Notes under the pieces: generated by a model | Database searches by the model: none | What the model was told of the DNA's origin: nothing | Seen by the model: the letters and a program-made list of their open reading frames with translations, nothing else | In this document: in pieces, positions 18,005 to 28,633 of the stretch | Numbering within the stretch: the first letter of the stretch is position 1 | Layout of the letters: the number at the start of each line of letters is the position of its first letter | Program-made: the position numbers and the translations under genes | NCBI GenBank assembly: GCA_024275095.1 | Contig: JAJRZV010000025.1 | Coordinates: forward strand, 599-64,598 | Direction of reading: 5' to 3' | Source: a bacterium | GTDB taxonomy: Bacteria > JAJRZV01 | Length of the DNA: 64,000 nucleotides

Positions 18005-18657
18005 TTTTCCACGACCATACCACGGTGAAGTTTTATGACCCGTCGGGGAAATTCCTTGATGAGTGATAGATCGTGTGTGGCGAAAACCACCGTTGTTCCC
18101 CGGGCATTCACTTCTTCGAATACGTGGAGTATTTCTTTGCTGAGATCAGGATCGAGGTTTCCCGTTGGTTCATCTGCAAGAAGAATAAGTGGATCTTTCA
18201 CGATAGCCCGTGCAATGGCCACACGCTGTTGCTCCCCGCCTGAGAGACGGACGACGGGGGTATTGCGTTTTACGTCAAGGTCGAGGAGCTTCAACACCCG
18301 TGATACCCGTCTTCGAACCTCCCATTCGTCTATAAATGCAACCCGCAGGGCAATGGCCACGTTATCGTAAACAGACCACTGGTCCACAAGGCGAAAATCC
18401 TGAAACACAAATCCCATCTCCCGACGCAAATAGGGTATGGAGGATTGACGCAGGCGATTGATATTTCTTCCTGCAATAAGAATCTGGCCATTGGTGGGTC
18501 TTTCCTCCATAAAGATGAGCTTGAGTAGAGTGGTTTTGCCGGCACCGCTTGCCCCGGTGACAAAAACGAACTCGCCCTTTTCTATTTCAAAGGTAATGTC
18601 TCTGAGAGCAAAATCTTCGCCGGTATAGGATTTGAAAACGTGAAAGAATTGAATCAT
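18001..18657 (-). CDS. ftsE: Cell-division ATP-binding protein FtsE
   Basis: [11 protein letters not shown]...[15 protein letters not shown] (Walker A), [14 protein letters not shown] (ABC signature) and a Walker B motif. Confidence 0.9.
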   Translation of the reverse strand: MIQFFHVFKSYTGEDFALRDITFEIEKGEFVFVTGASGAGKTTLLKLIFMEERPTNGQILIAGRNINRLRQSSIPYLRREMGFVFQDFRLVDQWSVYDNVAIALRVAFIDEWEVRRRVSRVLKLLDLDVKRNTPVVRLSGGEQQRVAIARAIVKDPLILLADEPTGNLDPDLSKEILHVFEEVNARGTTVVFATHDLSLIKEFPRRVIKLHRGMVVEK

Positions 18658-19634
18658 GTTTGTTTGAGAAATGCTTCCACAGCAGAGGCGATGCCGTTTG
18701 CATCCAGGCCAAAATAAGAGAGCAGTGCGTTGGCACTACCTGAGAGACCGAAGCGGTCTCTTATGCCTAATCTGAGTAGAGGAACAGGGTGGTTTTCTAC
18801 GAGGATTTCTGCCACCGCACTTCCCAGTCCTCCAATGATTTGGTGCTCTTCCACGGTAACTGCCCGACCAGTGCGTTTAACAGGCCTGACCACATCTTCT
18901 ACATTGAGGGGTTTGATTGTGGAGGCATTGATTATTTCGGCTTCGATGCCTTTTTCTCTCAAAATGTCACGAGCCATGAGACTCTGGTACACCATGTATC
19001 CACATGCAAATATGCTCACATCTTTTCCCGGTGCAATGACCTGTGCCCGCGAGTACTGGTACCGATAGTGGCTCTCATCGAGAATGATGGGGAACTTATT
19101 GCGCGAGAGCCTTACGTAAACAGGATGGTTGTAGTCAACAATGAATTCAATTACCTGTAAAACTTCTACAGGGTCTGCAGGTACGATGACGCTCATGCCG
19201 GGGATGGCCCTCATAAGGGCAATGTCCTCTGTTGCCTGGTGCGTGGCACCATCTTCACCCACAGTAATTCCACCGTGGGTGGCCACAATACGTACGGGAA
19301 AGTCTCCGTAAGCGATGGACTGTCGTATCTGTTCCCATGCACGTCCTGTGGCAAAGATTGCAAAGGTGCTGACGAACACCCTTTTCCCGTAGGCGGCAAG
19401 CCCTGATGCGATCCCCATTAAATTCTGTTCTGCCACCCCGACGTTAAAGAAGCGTTCCGGAAACCGGGATGCGAAAACGCTGGTTTTGGTTGATGCGGAC
19501 AAGTCTGCATCGAGTACAACGATGTCGTTGTAGCGTTCTCCCAGCTTGACGAGCATTTCTCCGTAGCGTTGTCTCATGTATTCAAACTTCAATTCTGAAG
19601 CGGGAGGTACCCGTTCAAATCTGGTCAGTCCCAT
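18654..19634 (-). CDS. tktB: Transketolase, C-terminal subunit (split transketolase)
   Basis: Pyrimidine-binding and C-terminal domains (FNVGVAEQNLMGIASGLA...). Start placed at MGLTRF, preceded by AAGGAG. Confidence 0.85.
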   Translation of the reverse strand: MGLTRFERVPPASELKFEYMRQRYGEMLVKLGERYNDIVVLDADLSASTKTSVFASRFPERFFNVGVAEQNLMGIASGLAAYGKRVFVSTFAIFATGRAWEQIRQSIAYGDFPVRIVATHGGITVGEDGATHQATEDIALMRAIPGMSVIVPADPVEVLQVIEFIVDYNHPVYVRLSRNKFPIILDESHYRYQYSRAQVIAPGKDVSIFACGYMVYQSLMARDILREKGIEAEIINASTIKPLNVEDVVRPVKRTGRAVTVEEHQIIGGLGSAVAEILVENHPVPLLRLGIRDRFGLSGSANALLSYFGLDANGIASAVEAFLKQT

Positions 19635-20478
19635 CTCCCAGCAGCTCCTTTCTGGCAATTTCCAGCTCTTCCGCGGTAGGTGCAATGCCATGGTATTTGG
19701 CCTTGCCTTCAAAGATGCTCACCCCTTTCCCTTTTACAGTTTTTGCAATAATAACCGTGGGTTTGCCTGCGGGCTGGCGTGTGGCTTCAAGTGCGTCCAA
19801 AATTTCGTTATAGTCATGTCCGTTGATTTCCAATACCCTCCAGCCGAAATCTTTCCATTTGGCAGCGAGGGGTTCAAGGGTAACGATGTCATTTATGTAT
19901 CCATCTATCTGCAGCCCGTTGTAGTCCACGATTGTTACCAGGTTGTCCAGGGATCTGTGACCCGCAAACATGGCTGCTTCCCAGATTTGACCTTCCTGTA
20001 ACTCCCCGTCACCTGTAAGTACAAACACACGAATGTTTTTGCTGTCGATGCGTGCTCCCAGTGCAATACCAATGCCGATAGAAAGCCCCTGCCCTAAACT
20101 ACCAGTAGAGACCTCCACTCCAACAGTGGATTTTCGATCGGGATGCCCCTGGAGATGTTTTTCTCCCAATTTTCTAAGGGTGGAAAGGTGATTTTCTCTG
20201 AAGTATCCTGACATGGCCAGCACAGTATAGAGAGCAGGAGCTGCGTGTCCCTTGGAGAGCACAAAGCGGTCTCTTTCCTTCCACCCGGGTTCTTGAGGCT
20301 TGTGCTTCATTTCATGGAAAAACAATGCCACCAAGAGGTCCATACACGAAAGCGAACCGCCGGTGTGCCCGGAGCCGGCCCGACAGAGGGCTTCCAGCAT
20401 CTTATATCGTGCTTTTCTTGCTATGGTTTCGAGCTTCAGCGTCAGTTCTTTTCGATTTAAATGGCGACTATTTTTCAT
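19615..20478 (-). CDS. tktA: Transketolase, N-terminal subunit (TPP-binding)
   Basis: GHTGGSLSCMDLL...SKGHAAPALY...GSLGQGLS...GDGELQEG TPP-binding motifs. Confidence 0.85.
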   Translation of the reverse strand: MKNSRHLNRKELTLKLETIARKARYKMLEALCRAGSGHTGGSLSCMDLLVALFFHEMKHKPQEPGWKERDRFVLSKGHAAPALYTVLAMSGYFRENHLSTLRKLGEKHLQGHPDRKSTVGVEVSTGSLGQGLSIGIGIALGARIDSKNIRVFVLTGDGELQEGQIWEAAMFAGHRSLDNLVTIVDYNGLQIDGYINDIVTLEPLAAKWKDFGWRVLEINGHDYNEILDALEATRQPAGKPTVIIAKTVKGKGVSIFEGKAKYHGIAPTAEELEIARKELLGDGTDQI

Positions 20479-20875
20479 TTTCCAGAATCTCGTCGGCCAG
20501 ATAGTCTAAGATCACCTCGTCCAGACTTTTCTCTTTTGCCTCTTCCTGGACCGAGGAGGCGGCGGCAGATTTGCTTTCATCAACTGCAATTCCTTTTTTC
20601 TTTAATTCTTCTTTAACAAGGGGGTGAGTATCATACGCTCCGGAAAGAACTTTTTTGATGGTGGCCTTATGCTGCTCTTCCATGATTTCTTTCACAACCC
20701 TATCGCAAAGCTCGTGTGCGACAATGTCTTTGTAATCTGTTTTCTCAGTGGCAATGATGTTTCCTCCAATGAACACGTGAGTAATTACCAGAGCCGCTTT
20801 TTTTCCCATATCTTCTGTTTGTACGTGAAAGACAAGTCCTCTATGTTTTACGTTATGATTGAATCCCGGCAGCAT
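20468..20875 (-). CDS. Hypothetical protein co-transcribed with tktAB
   Basis: A 135-aa ORF overlapping the tktA start by 11 nt. No recognised motif. Confidence 0.45.
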   Translation of the reverse strand: MLPGFNHNVKHRGLVFHVQTEDMGKKAALVITHVFIGGNIIATEKTDYKDIVAHELCDRVVKEIMEEQHKATIKKVLSGAYDTHPLVKEELKKKGIAVDESKSAAASSVQEEAKEKSLDEVILDYLADEILENEK

Positions 20876-20896
20876 TTCAGTAACCAGCCCTGATAT

Positions 20897-23023
20897 TCAT
20901 ATTGTAGCTCCAATGGAGAAATGAATAACGCTTGACGGCTCCCCCTCTTTCCTCATTGTGTTAAATCCTATTTCCAGGCGCATGGGCCCAACTGGAGTTC
21001 TGTACCTCATTCCAAACCCCACGGTCAACCGTTTAATGCTTTCTTGAATTTCAACACCCCCCGTTGTAATTCCAGATGCAATGCCCCCATCATTAAACAC
21101 GCTGATGCTCATATTTTCAAAAAGTTTCATTATAAACTCAACATTATATATAGCATATGCTGTGGCAGCTCCATTGGGCACAAAAGACTCCTCTTCCACC
21201 CCCCTCACTGTTGAGGAACCTCCGATATAATAGTATTCATCTACTGGAAGTGCCACTGTTCCCAGTTTCCAGATGCAGCCGCTTCCCGAAAACAATCTCA
21301 TCACAATGTTGTTTTGCATGGGTATGTAAAGTGAGCCATTCCAGGTAATCTTGACGAAATCATATTTGGACCCAAGATACCGGTCTGCCATCTCCAGCAT
21401 GAGAGAGGCATACCCTCCCCTGGAGGGATTGGCCCTGTCATCTCTTAAATCCATCGCAAAACGTGTAAAGGCTTTTCCCAGCTTGCCGCTTTCGCTGATC
21501 TGTTCCCTCGTTGATTCAACTTTGAATCTCAACTCGAAATCGTAGCCCAGTTTCATGTCGAGCCACTGATGCGTAAGACCGAGGGTGACGCCCCCAAAAA
21601 GTGCATCTTTGAGGTACAGGTGTCGCAGCTTGTACTCTGCTCCAACCCAGGCGTAAAGATCAGCCAATGAAGGGATCAAATTTGTCTTTTCAAATGTAAG
21701 ACGACCGCGTCTTTCATAAAGTACAGATTCTTCTATGTTGTAAAAAAGCTCTCGTGGAAGATACGAGACGCCTCCTTCGAGTGTTATGCTTGCACTGGTG
21801 TGAAAAAGTTTACGCACGGTAAAGTTCAATTCTCCTTCGAGTCCCCTGAGGGTGTTGACACCTGCTCCAATGTTCAGTGATGCTCGTTTCATCTCTTTTA
21901 CACGCACAAGAAGATCGTTTCCCGAAAAGTTTTCACCGCTTGGAAGAAGGGCTACATCCACAACTGTAAACACGCCTGTGCGAGCCAGTTCCTGTTCAAG
22001 TTTTTTTGCCACAAGCGGACTGGCCGGCTTCCCCTTGTACCGTCTGGCAAGGTATGAAAGGTCTACATCGCGGGTTCCCACAACATAAACATGTTCTATG
22101 ATTTGCCGGACGTATTGCTTGACGGTGATGATATGCCTGTGAGGGTCTACAGTGAAAACGGATGCAGCAGGATTGACTCCGCAGAGTCTCATTCTTTTTA
22201 TGAACACGAGTGATACGTCTTTTCCTTTTTCTACTTGAAGACCTTTCGCAAGGCAGTTTTCAGGAGGGATGTTTTCAAACTGAACCTCGTATGTTACAGG
22301 GGCGATCTTTTCTGCAGCCACCACGATCACAAGGGAGATTTCCGCCTCGTCCGCCGTTGTTCTTAGTTTTTTGTAATTCAGATGCAACCTTTTTACTCTC
22401 AGATTCATGGAGTTAAAGAAATCCACTACCTGGGTTCGAATGGACTGAATGTTTTGCACACTCATCAAAGTGTTGTCTCGAAAGAGATTCCGCCACGGCG
22501 GAAATATTCTTGATTCCAGAAAAACTTTTAGTTCTTTTTCTATTTCCTGGGCCTGCTCTATTCCTGTAACCACTGCATCTATCTGGACAATTCTGTGCTT
22601 TTTGCCTTTTCGTACGTAAAGAATTTTATTCTTAATTTCTAAGGAGGGTTCCATATATCCCTGTTCCTTGAAAAGAGATTTTACAGAAGCAATGGCGAGC
22701 GCTGGGGGTTTGCCTTTGACCATTCCTTTGAGAACCTTCTCCAGTCGTGAGTCATCCGGTACCACTACATCCAGAATTTTATCCTGTGTTTGCCTTTGTG
22801 GAGGTTTGGGTACGGGAGGCGTTTTGACCGGCTGGGGTTCTCGCGTTTTGGGAGCAGGAGCTTTTTCAATGGTTTGACACTCCAGATTCCCCTTGCTGTC
22901 AAAACATACAGCAATGATCCCCTGTAATAATGATGACTTTAAATACGTGTGAGACCACGTGCGAAAGTGGGACGATACGGGAGCTGAAAGCGAAGAGACT
23001 ATCAAGAATATCAATGTATTCAC
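20897..23023 (-). CDS. Omp85-family outer-membrane protein (TamA/BamA-like)
   Basis: Signal peptide, POTRA-like N-terminal region and a C-terminal beta-barrel. Immediately upstream of tamB. Confidence 0.7.
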   Translation of the reverse strand: MNTLIFLIVSSLSAPVSSHFRTWSHTYLKSSLLQGIIAVCFDSKGNLECQTIEKAPAPKTREPQPVKTPPVPKPPQRQTQDKILDVVVPDDSRLEKVLKGMVKGKPPALAIASVKSLFKEQGYMEPSLEIKNKILYVRKGKKHRIVQIDAVVTGIEQAQEIEKELKVFLESRIFPPWRNLFRDNTLMSVQNIQSIRTQVVDFFNSMNLRVKRLHLNYKKLRTTADEAEISLVIVVAAEKIAPVTYEVQFENIPPENCLAKGLQVEKGKDVSLVFIKRMRLCGVNPAASVFTVDPHRHIITVKQYVRQIIEHVYVVGTRDVDLSYLARRYKGKPASPLVAKKLEQELARTGVFTVVDVALLPSGENFSGNDLLVRVKEMKRASLNIGAGVNTLRGLEGELNFTVRKLFHTSASITLEGGVSYLPRELFYNIEESVLYERRGRLTFEKTNLIPSLADLYAWVGAEYKLRHLYLKDALFGGVTLGLTHQWLDMKLGYDFELRFKVESTREQISESGKLGKAFTRFAMDLRDDRANPSRGGYASLMLEMADRYLGSKYDFVKITWNGSLYIPMQNNIVMRLFSGSGCIWKLGTVALPVDEYYYIGGSSTVRGVEEESFVPNGAATAYAIYNVEFIMKLFENMSISVFNDGGIASGITTGGVEIQESIKRLTVGFGMRYRTPVGPMRLEIGFNTMRKEGEPSSVIHFSIGATI

Positions 23024-23031
23024 TTTTTCTC

Positions 23032-26000
23032 CTACCAGTCAAAATTCCATCGTGCATTTATCTTCAGGCTGAAATTGCCCACAGGACTGTTCACGTCTTC
23101 TACCACATCAAATGCTTTATTATCCCACCCTCCCTGAAGAATCACACTATTTGTAAGACGATAGAGGAGAAAAACACTCTGATCTTTTTCAATGATGTCT
23201 CTTTGATACTCAATGGTAAGCCGGGGTGACACGTTGGAAGAGATGCTCAGACGGGAGGCCAGACGCCTGGTTATTTCCTCGTACCCACTGGATATGGCGA
23301 GATCAGATATTCCGAATCGTCGTGCTACATCTTTCATTTCACTTCCAAATAAAAGCTCCATTCCCAGAGTTGCCTTTTCTATGTTGGATATTTGTTGCCC
23401 GCCGGTGACGTCTCCTGCTTCCGGGACACCAAATGTGATTAACGATAGTATTTCACTGTCTTTAAGAGGCGGAGATGAAGAAAATTTCATCTTGAGTCCG
23501 TCAACCCATCCTTCCACATCCACAGTAATCCTGTATCGCTTCTCGATTCCTTTAAGGGCCACGATTTCTGTTTCTGCACTGGCTTCTACATAGGGAACAC
23601 CAGGGCGAGCGCTGCTGAGGAGAAATGTCCCGTTCCTCACCCTGAACCACACATTGCGGAACTTGTAACGTCCTGTAAATCTCAATCTTCCGTTGAGAGA
23701 AAATTCTTTGCCCGCGTTTATTCGAAGCGAACCTGAAAGCGACATGTTTTGAGTTTCAGAGTAGAGCTGGAGTGAGTCAATGGTTATATTCGCATTGATG
23801 GATACAGGAAGCGGTTTCCACTCCTTTTCTTCGCCGTCGCCGCTTACCATTTTGTGCCACGTCATGTCGTAATACACTCTTTTTGTCAGCACCCTGCATA
23901 AAAGGTCAATTTCTTTTAAATCACCGCCTGCGGTACACCGCAGTCGAATTTGTGGCGGTCCCTCATATTCCACTTCCAGGGCGGGAATGTTTAGACTTAA
24001 TTGTTTTTTGGAGGGCTGGAGAATAATTGAAGCTCCCCCGGACGAAGAGACGTTCAGTAAATTTTCCCAGTTCCAGGTGAATTTCCACGGCTCATCCGGC
24101 AGACTCACAGCAAACGGCCCCCATTCTGCTCGATAGGGTTTTAAAACTCCTCTGAATTTAAAGGGAGAAAGCTGAAGCGTCCCTGAAGCAGTCGCGTTTA
24201 TCTGAATGCCACGGGTTAAACGCAGGTAGTCGAGAACACCAAAACCGTGAGCTGCTGTCTGAATTTTCAGTTTATTGCCTGATAGAATTTTTATGAATTC
24301 GCTGTTGTCTTCACTCGTGATAAGGTTTTTAACCGAACGAGTTTGTGAGAGCACATAAAGGGCCCGCCTCTTGGAATTATAGCCCAGGCCTGTGGCAGGG
24401 GATATTGTGTAAGAGACCCCTGCGACAGTAAACGTAGCACCTGACGGGAAACTCACCTCATAGCGGTATGAATGCTCGGATAATATTTCCGCCCCACCCT
24501 GCATAGACACATCAAACGGTCCGTCCCGGAAAATCGTCAGGGCACGCGAACTGGTAACAGAAGCTTTTAATATTCCTGTGTTCCAGAAGTATTGAACTTT
24601 TATTTTTTGAGAACTTGTTTCAAGGTTGGTTATGCCGTTTTCAGTATTGATATAAAAACTTTCTGATAATCCAGGCAAAATCAGTGAAGTTTTTTTCACT
24701 GATGCGTTCATGTTTCCACTGAGCCTCCACCCTTCTTCTTCTCTAAAAACAGCGTGTATGCTTCCGGTCAGAGATGCTGTAAACAACTCGCGAATTACCG
24801 GGAAATTCTTCAGACCCGCTCTCATTTCTATTTTCAGATCATTTTTTTCTTCGGATCCTGAAACTTTTAGGTGATATAGAATTCTTTCAGCTTTGTCCTT
24901 CACGTCGAGTGAAAAGGATTCCTGCGCGTACAAACCGTGTATTGTCACATCAGGACGATATGAGGTGTGCTTGAGGTAAAGCTCTTTCGCTGTTGTTTCA
25001 AAATACACCCTTACATCATTGAAAGGTCCTGTAACCTTCATGCGTAGATTTGCTGTTTTTGCACGCCGGTCCACCACAAATCCCATCAAATATCCGATAT
25101 CGGCGTATTCATTGGAAAGTAGTGCAGGGACCACTTTATCCGCTTGCAGGTGCCCGTAGACTGCTCCTTCTTCTGGGCCGAAATCTATTTCCACCGAGCC
25201 CTTTACGAGTCCTCCACCTGTGGTGCCTGAGATGGGGCTGAATTTCAAAAGTTTTTGTGAATACTCCACACGGGAGGATAAAAATGTATAGTCAAAGCCA
25301 AAAATTCTGCCTTTCCAGCTTTTAAATTGACCGCTGATGTTCACGTCGTGATAGTCAGATTGAATGGTACATTCAAGGTCTGTTGTCCCGGATATTTTGA
25401 CTGGTCCAACGTGGCCCAATACATCCAGAGGAAATCGGTCGCCTTTTACAGAAAGAAACATATGATCTTCGAATCCAAACTCTCCCTTTACCTCCATCGC
25501 TTTGTGTCCGTTGAAATAGACAAGAGCCCTGTCCAGTCGAAATGCGTGCGCCATAAAAGCACCTGAGACAAGAAGGTGTGCTCGTGGAGTTTCTACTACG
25601 ACCGCTTTGAGCGGATTTCTATAGTCATGTGTAAATGTAAAGAAATCTTTTACATTAACGGCTCCTTCAACATGGAATTCTTCGAAATCCCTTGTGGACC
25701 AAGTGAGACTTCGGGAAAAGAGTCGAGCTGTGACGCGGGAATGTTCCAGGCCCATGGAGGTCCCAATTCCTTCTATTGTAATTCCGTTCAGGGATGTCAC
25801 GATTTTCATGTGATGTTTCTGGAGGTCCAGAAAACCCGTCCCATTCACAGTACCGCCCATGAGATGGGCTGTGAACGAGGTTATGGAAACAGAGAAGTTT
25901 CTGACGTTTCCAGTTGCACGAATATTGCCGAACCTGAAATGTCCGAGTTCCAGCCCTTTTACATTGCATTCGTATGCAAAATCGAGGTTTTTACTGCTAC

Positions 26001-26850
26001 GGGATGTTTTCAAGTTTTCTAAATTGCACAAAAGCGAGCCTTTCAATTTTTCGGTTATTGCAATTCCTCCGCAGCCTTCTCCTGTTTCTGCTGACACCTG
26101 TAGATGATTGATGTGGATCCTGTCCCAATCAGAGGCGTAAAAGTTGTGTATGTTTATCCGGCAGTTTTGGTTGTCGAGGAGTGATACTGTTTCCACGGCA
26201 ATTTCACGGTCATCAATGTTGAATTCACCCTGCTGGATAGAAAGAGCACGCCATTGAGACTCAGGAACGGTTCCACCGAGACGGAGGGTTTTCAAAGCCA
26301 GTGCTTTTACAGAAACCCTGAGGGGTCGAGACGTAAGAGAGAGTACGGCTTTTTCAATTCTACTTTTTACCCACTGATGGCCTGATGCCCCCGTGAATGT
26401 AAGGTTAAACTCCCCGTTTTTGAGAACCATGTTTTCGATTCGGAAATACACAAATGATGTTTGAAATGTACGGAGCAGACGCTGGACAAAGAGGGGTTCT
26501 TTTTTTTCGGCTTCAGTGTAAATGTTTGCGTCTATGTGGAATTTTTCTACAACAAGGGAACGGATAACAGCCTGGCCCAGAATACCCTGTACCGGGCTTA
26601 AAGCCACAACAATTCGAGATCCGGAAAAGGAGAAGGTTGGCGTGTAGATGTTAACGTCATGGAAAACCACGGTTGAGGGGAGGCGCACTTCCAGAGTTCC
26701 TATGGATACTTCTCCGTGAATCTTTGCGGACGTCACGCGCTCAATGAAGGCCTTGCCGTGTCTGGGCATCCATACATAGGTAAAATAAAAAGCTCCTACC
26801 GTGAAGATCAGAATAAGAAAGATAAATAACGCTGATACCCAGCGTTTCAC
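23032..26850 (-). CDS. tamB: Translocation and assembly module protein TamB (DUF490/AsmA-like)
   Basis: 1272 aa with an N-terminal TM anchor, a long beta-rich body and a C-terminal DUF490-like end (...KINARWNFDW). Confidence 0.75.
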   Translation of the reverse strand: MKRWVSALFIFLILIFTVGAFYFTYVWMPRHGKAFIERVTSAKIHGEVSIGTLEVRLPSTVVFHDVNIYTPTFSFSGSRIVVALSPVQGILGQAVIRSLVVEKFHIDANIYTEAEKKEPLFVQRLLRTFQTSFVYFRIENMVLKNGEFNLTFTGASGHQWVKSRIEKAVLSLTSRPLRVSVKALALKTLRLGGTVPESQWRALSIQQGEFNIDDREIAVETVSLLDNQNCRINIHNFYASDWDRIHINHLQVSAETGEGCGGIAITEKLKGSLLCNLENLKTSRSSKNLDFAYECNVKGLELGHFRFGNIRATGNVRNFSVSITSFTAHLMGGTVNGTGFLDLQKHHMKIVTSLNGITIEGIGTSMGLEHSRVTARLFSRSLTWSTRDFEEFHVEGAVNVKDFFTFTHDYRNPLKAVVVETPRAHLLVSGAFMAHAFRLDRALVYFNGHKAMEVKGEFGFEDHMFLSVKGDRFPLDVLGHVGPVKISGTTDLECTIQSDYHDVNISGQFKSWKGRIFGFDYTFLSSRVEYSQKLLKFSPISGTTGGGLVKGSVEIDFGPEEGAVYGHLQADKVVPALLSNEYADIGYLMGFVVDRRAKTANLRMKVTGPFNDVRVYFETTAKELYLKHTSYRPDVTIHGLYAQESFSLDVKDKAERILYHLKVSGSEEKNDLKIEMRAGLKNFPVIRELFTASLTGSIHAVFREEEGWRLSGNMNASVKKTSLILPGLSESFYINTENGITNLETSSQKIKVQYFWNTGILKASVTSSRALTIFRDGPFDVSMQGGAEILSEHSYRYEVSFPSGATFTVAGVSYTISPATGLGYNSKRRALYVLSQTRSVKNLITSEDNSEFIKILSGNKLKIQTAAHGFGVLDYLRLTRGIQINATASGTLQLSPFKFRGVLKPYRAEWGPFAVSLPDEPWKFTWNWENLLNVSSSGGASIILQPSKKQLSLNIPALEVEYEGPPQIRLRCTAGGDLKEIDLLCRVLTKRVYYDMTWHKMVSGDGEEKEWKPLPVSINANITIDSLQLYSETQNMSLSGSLRINAGKEFSLNGRLRFTGRYKFRNVWFRVRNGTFLLSSARPGVPYVEASAETEIVALKGIEKRYRITVDVEGWVDGLKMKFSSSPPLKDSEILSLITFGVPEAGDVTGGQQISNIEKATLGMELLFGSEMKDVARRFGISDLAISSGYEEITRRLASRLSISSNVSPRLTIEYQRDIIEKDQSVFLLYRLTNSVILQGGWDNKAFDVVEDVNSPVGNFSLKINARWNFDW

Positions 26851-26950
26851 CTGTCCATTACCCCTGTAACTGAAACCTGCGAATCTTCAATTTAACCTGG
26901 TACCTGTCACGAGGGGTGAGATCGTGCTTTCGCGCAATGATGAAAATAAA

Positions 26951-27022
26951 AGCGGGCGACGGGATTCGAACCCGCGACATCGAGCTTGGGAAGCTCGCAC
27001 TCTACCACTGAGTTACGCCCGC
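26951..27022 (-). tRNA. tRNA-Gly (anticodon CCC)
   Basis: The reverse complement GCGGGCGTAACTCAGTGGTAGAGTGCGAGCTTCCCAAGCTCGATGTCGCGGGTTCGAATCCCGTCGCCCGCT folds as a cloverleaf. The anticodon loop is UUCCCAA. No CCA is encoded. Confidence 0.85.
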
Positions 27023-27048
27023 CGCTCCTTTTCGAAAAGGAGAATTTT

Positions 27049-27966
27049 TCATTCATCTATTTCCTCTATTCTTTCAACAATATCTTCCACTTCTGCAATA
27101 TCAACTTCGTTTACGGCCAAGCGCTGTTGTGATGTTTTTTCTTCCTGTTTCCACTGAAGCCTCAAGTCACTCACCACCCCTTTTACAATATCATAATCCA
27201 CTCTTTTTCTTTTTAAAAGATAGGCTTCGAACAAAGCGTTATCGCAGATGGTGTTAATGGTTCTGGGAATGCCTTTCGAGGCTGAATGTATAAGATCGTA
27301 CACACTGGTATCGAATATCTCCTGATTTTCTGCCCCGGCTAATTTGAGCCGATGCTGGATGTAATTAACAGTTGAGTTTTTGTCGAAAGGGCGCAGCTCG
27401 TATCTCATCGCCACCCTCTGGGCAAGAGGGGGATCAAGCTGAAGCACGTCATCCAGTTCAGGAAGACCGAAAAGTACAAAGGTAATCAGCTTTCTTTCGG
27501 GTAGCTCTATGTTGAGAAGCCCGCGCAATTCCTCCATAATTTCTTTGTTCCGCAGCATTTGGGCCTCGTCCACAAGCACCACTGCCTTTTTGCCCAATTC
27601 ATATATCTCCATAAGTCTTTGAGAGATGGAGGAGAGAAGCTGGATTTTATCTTCCGGGACATTTTCTATTCCAAACTGCATGGCAATTTTTTTGAGGAAC
27701 CAATCAGTGCTGATTTGAGAATGAACCACCACCAGAAGTGCAGATTCGTACTCGTTTTCATCAAGAGCATCCAGCAAGCGACGCGCAAGCATTGTTTTAC
27801 CTGTACCCACATCTCCCACGATAACCGCAAGCCCGCGCATTCGTTCAATTGCATGTCTGAGCCTTAACATGGCCTGCGAATGTTCCTGGCTGTCAAAATA
27901 GAACCGGGTATCAGGAGCTGTTGAAAAGGGTTCGTCTTTGAACCCGAAAAACTCCAGATAGCTCAT
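27049..27966 (-). CDS. ExeA/GspA/MshM-like AAA ATPase
   Basis: FGFKDEPFS...VIVGDVGTGKTMLARRL is characteristic of the ExeA family. Confidence 0.75.
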   Translation of the reverse strand: MSYLEFFGFKDEPFSTAPDTRFYFDSQEHSQAMLRLRHAIERMRGLAVIVGDVGTGKTMLARRLLDALDENEYESALLVVVHSQISTDWFLKKIAMQFGIENVPEDKIQLLSSISQRLMEIYELGKKAVVLVDEAQMLRNKEIMEELRGLLNIELPERKLITFVLFGLPELDDVLQLDPPLAQRVAMRYELRPFDKNSTVNYIQHRLKLAGAENQEIFDTSVYDLIHSASKGIPRTINTICDNALFEAYLLKRKRVDYDIVKGVVSDLRLQWKQEEKTSQQRLAVNEVDIAEVEDIVERIEEIDE

Positions 27967-28096
27967 CTATCCCCCCGAAAGGCTGAAGTGTTTGTATGAA
28001 AGAATAATAAAACCTCTATGGAAAATCCACATAATCATCCTGAAACAAACGTTCTCCCAGCTTCGGGTTCGATTGTGAATAATAATGCGTGCTGAT

Positions 28097-28633
28097 TCAG
28101 ACAAAGGTGATCTTTTTCTTGGAAGGTGCCTTTTTGGTAACGGGTTTGGGTTCTGCTTCGGGTTCGGGTTGGGGTTTTTCCTCTTTTTGCGGAGAGGGAG
28201 AAGGCGCGGGCTGGGGAGTTTTTTTCTCGAGAAGCTGGCTCTCTGTTTCATCGTATTCGTCGCCGAGAATGTCTTCGAGAGAAAGTCTTTCGTATTCCTG
28301 CTCCGCTTTAGCTTCTTTTTTAAGGGATCGTAGCATCTCTACTTTTTCTGCCACATCCTTGAAGGAAGCATCGCGGCTATAAACCATTTCGAACCATTTA
28401 AGGGCCTCTTCTGTTTCATTTTTCATCTCGTGGGCCACGCCAAGTTGATATTCAATGTCAATTTTCTGTTCGTCGTCGGCCTCCTGGTAAGCCTCGGAAA
28501 GAATTTTTATGGCATTATCCGGTTCAGACTTGTTAATGTAGCAGATACCGATCATCACCATTGATACCACTTTCAGCTCCGGTGATTTCATGGATATGAG
28601 AAATTCCTCGATGGCTTCTTCGTAAAGTCCCAT
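28097..28633 (-). CDS. TPR-repeat protein segment (C-terminal part of the TPR gene split by an in-frame TAA)
   Basis: TPR repeats followed by a Pro/Lys/Glu-rich tail. Its ATG directly abuts the TAA of the upstream ORF, inside a single TPR motif. Confidence 0.6.
   Translation of the reverse strand: MGLYEEAIEEFLISMKSPELKVVSMVMIGICYINKSEPDNAIKILSEAYQEADDEQKIDIEYQLGVAHEMKNETEEALKWFEMVYSRDASFKDVAEKVEMLRSLKKEAKAEQEYERLSLEDILGDEYDETESQLLEKKTPQPAPSPSPQKEEKPQPEPEAEPKPVTKKAPSKKKITFV

Noticed and set aside
27967-28251. 94-aa Pro/Lys/Asn-rich ORF between the ExeA-like gene and the TPR gene
   Set aside because: Low-complexity translation of the reverse frame of the TPR protein's Pro/Glu/Lys-rich tail, and it overlaps that gene. 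Likely spurious.
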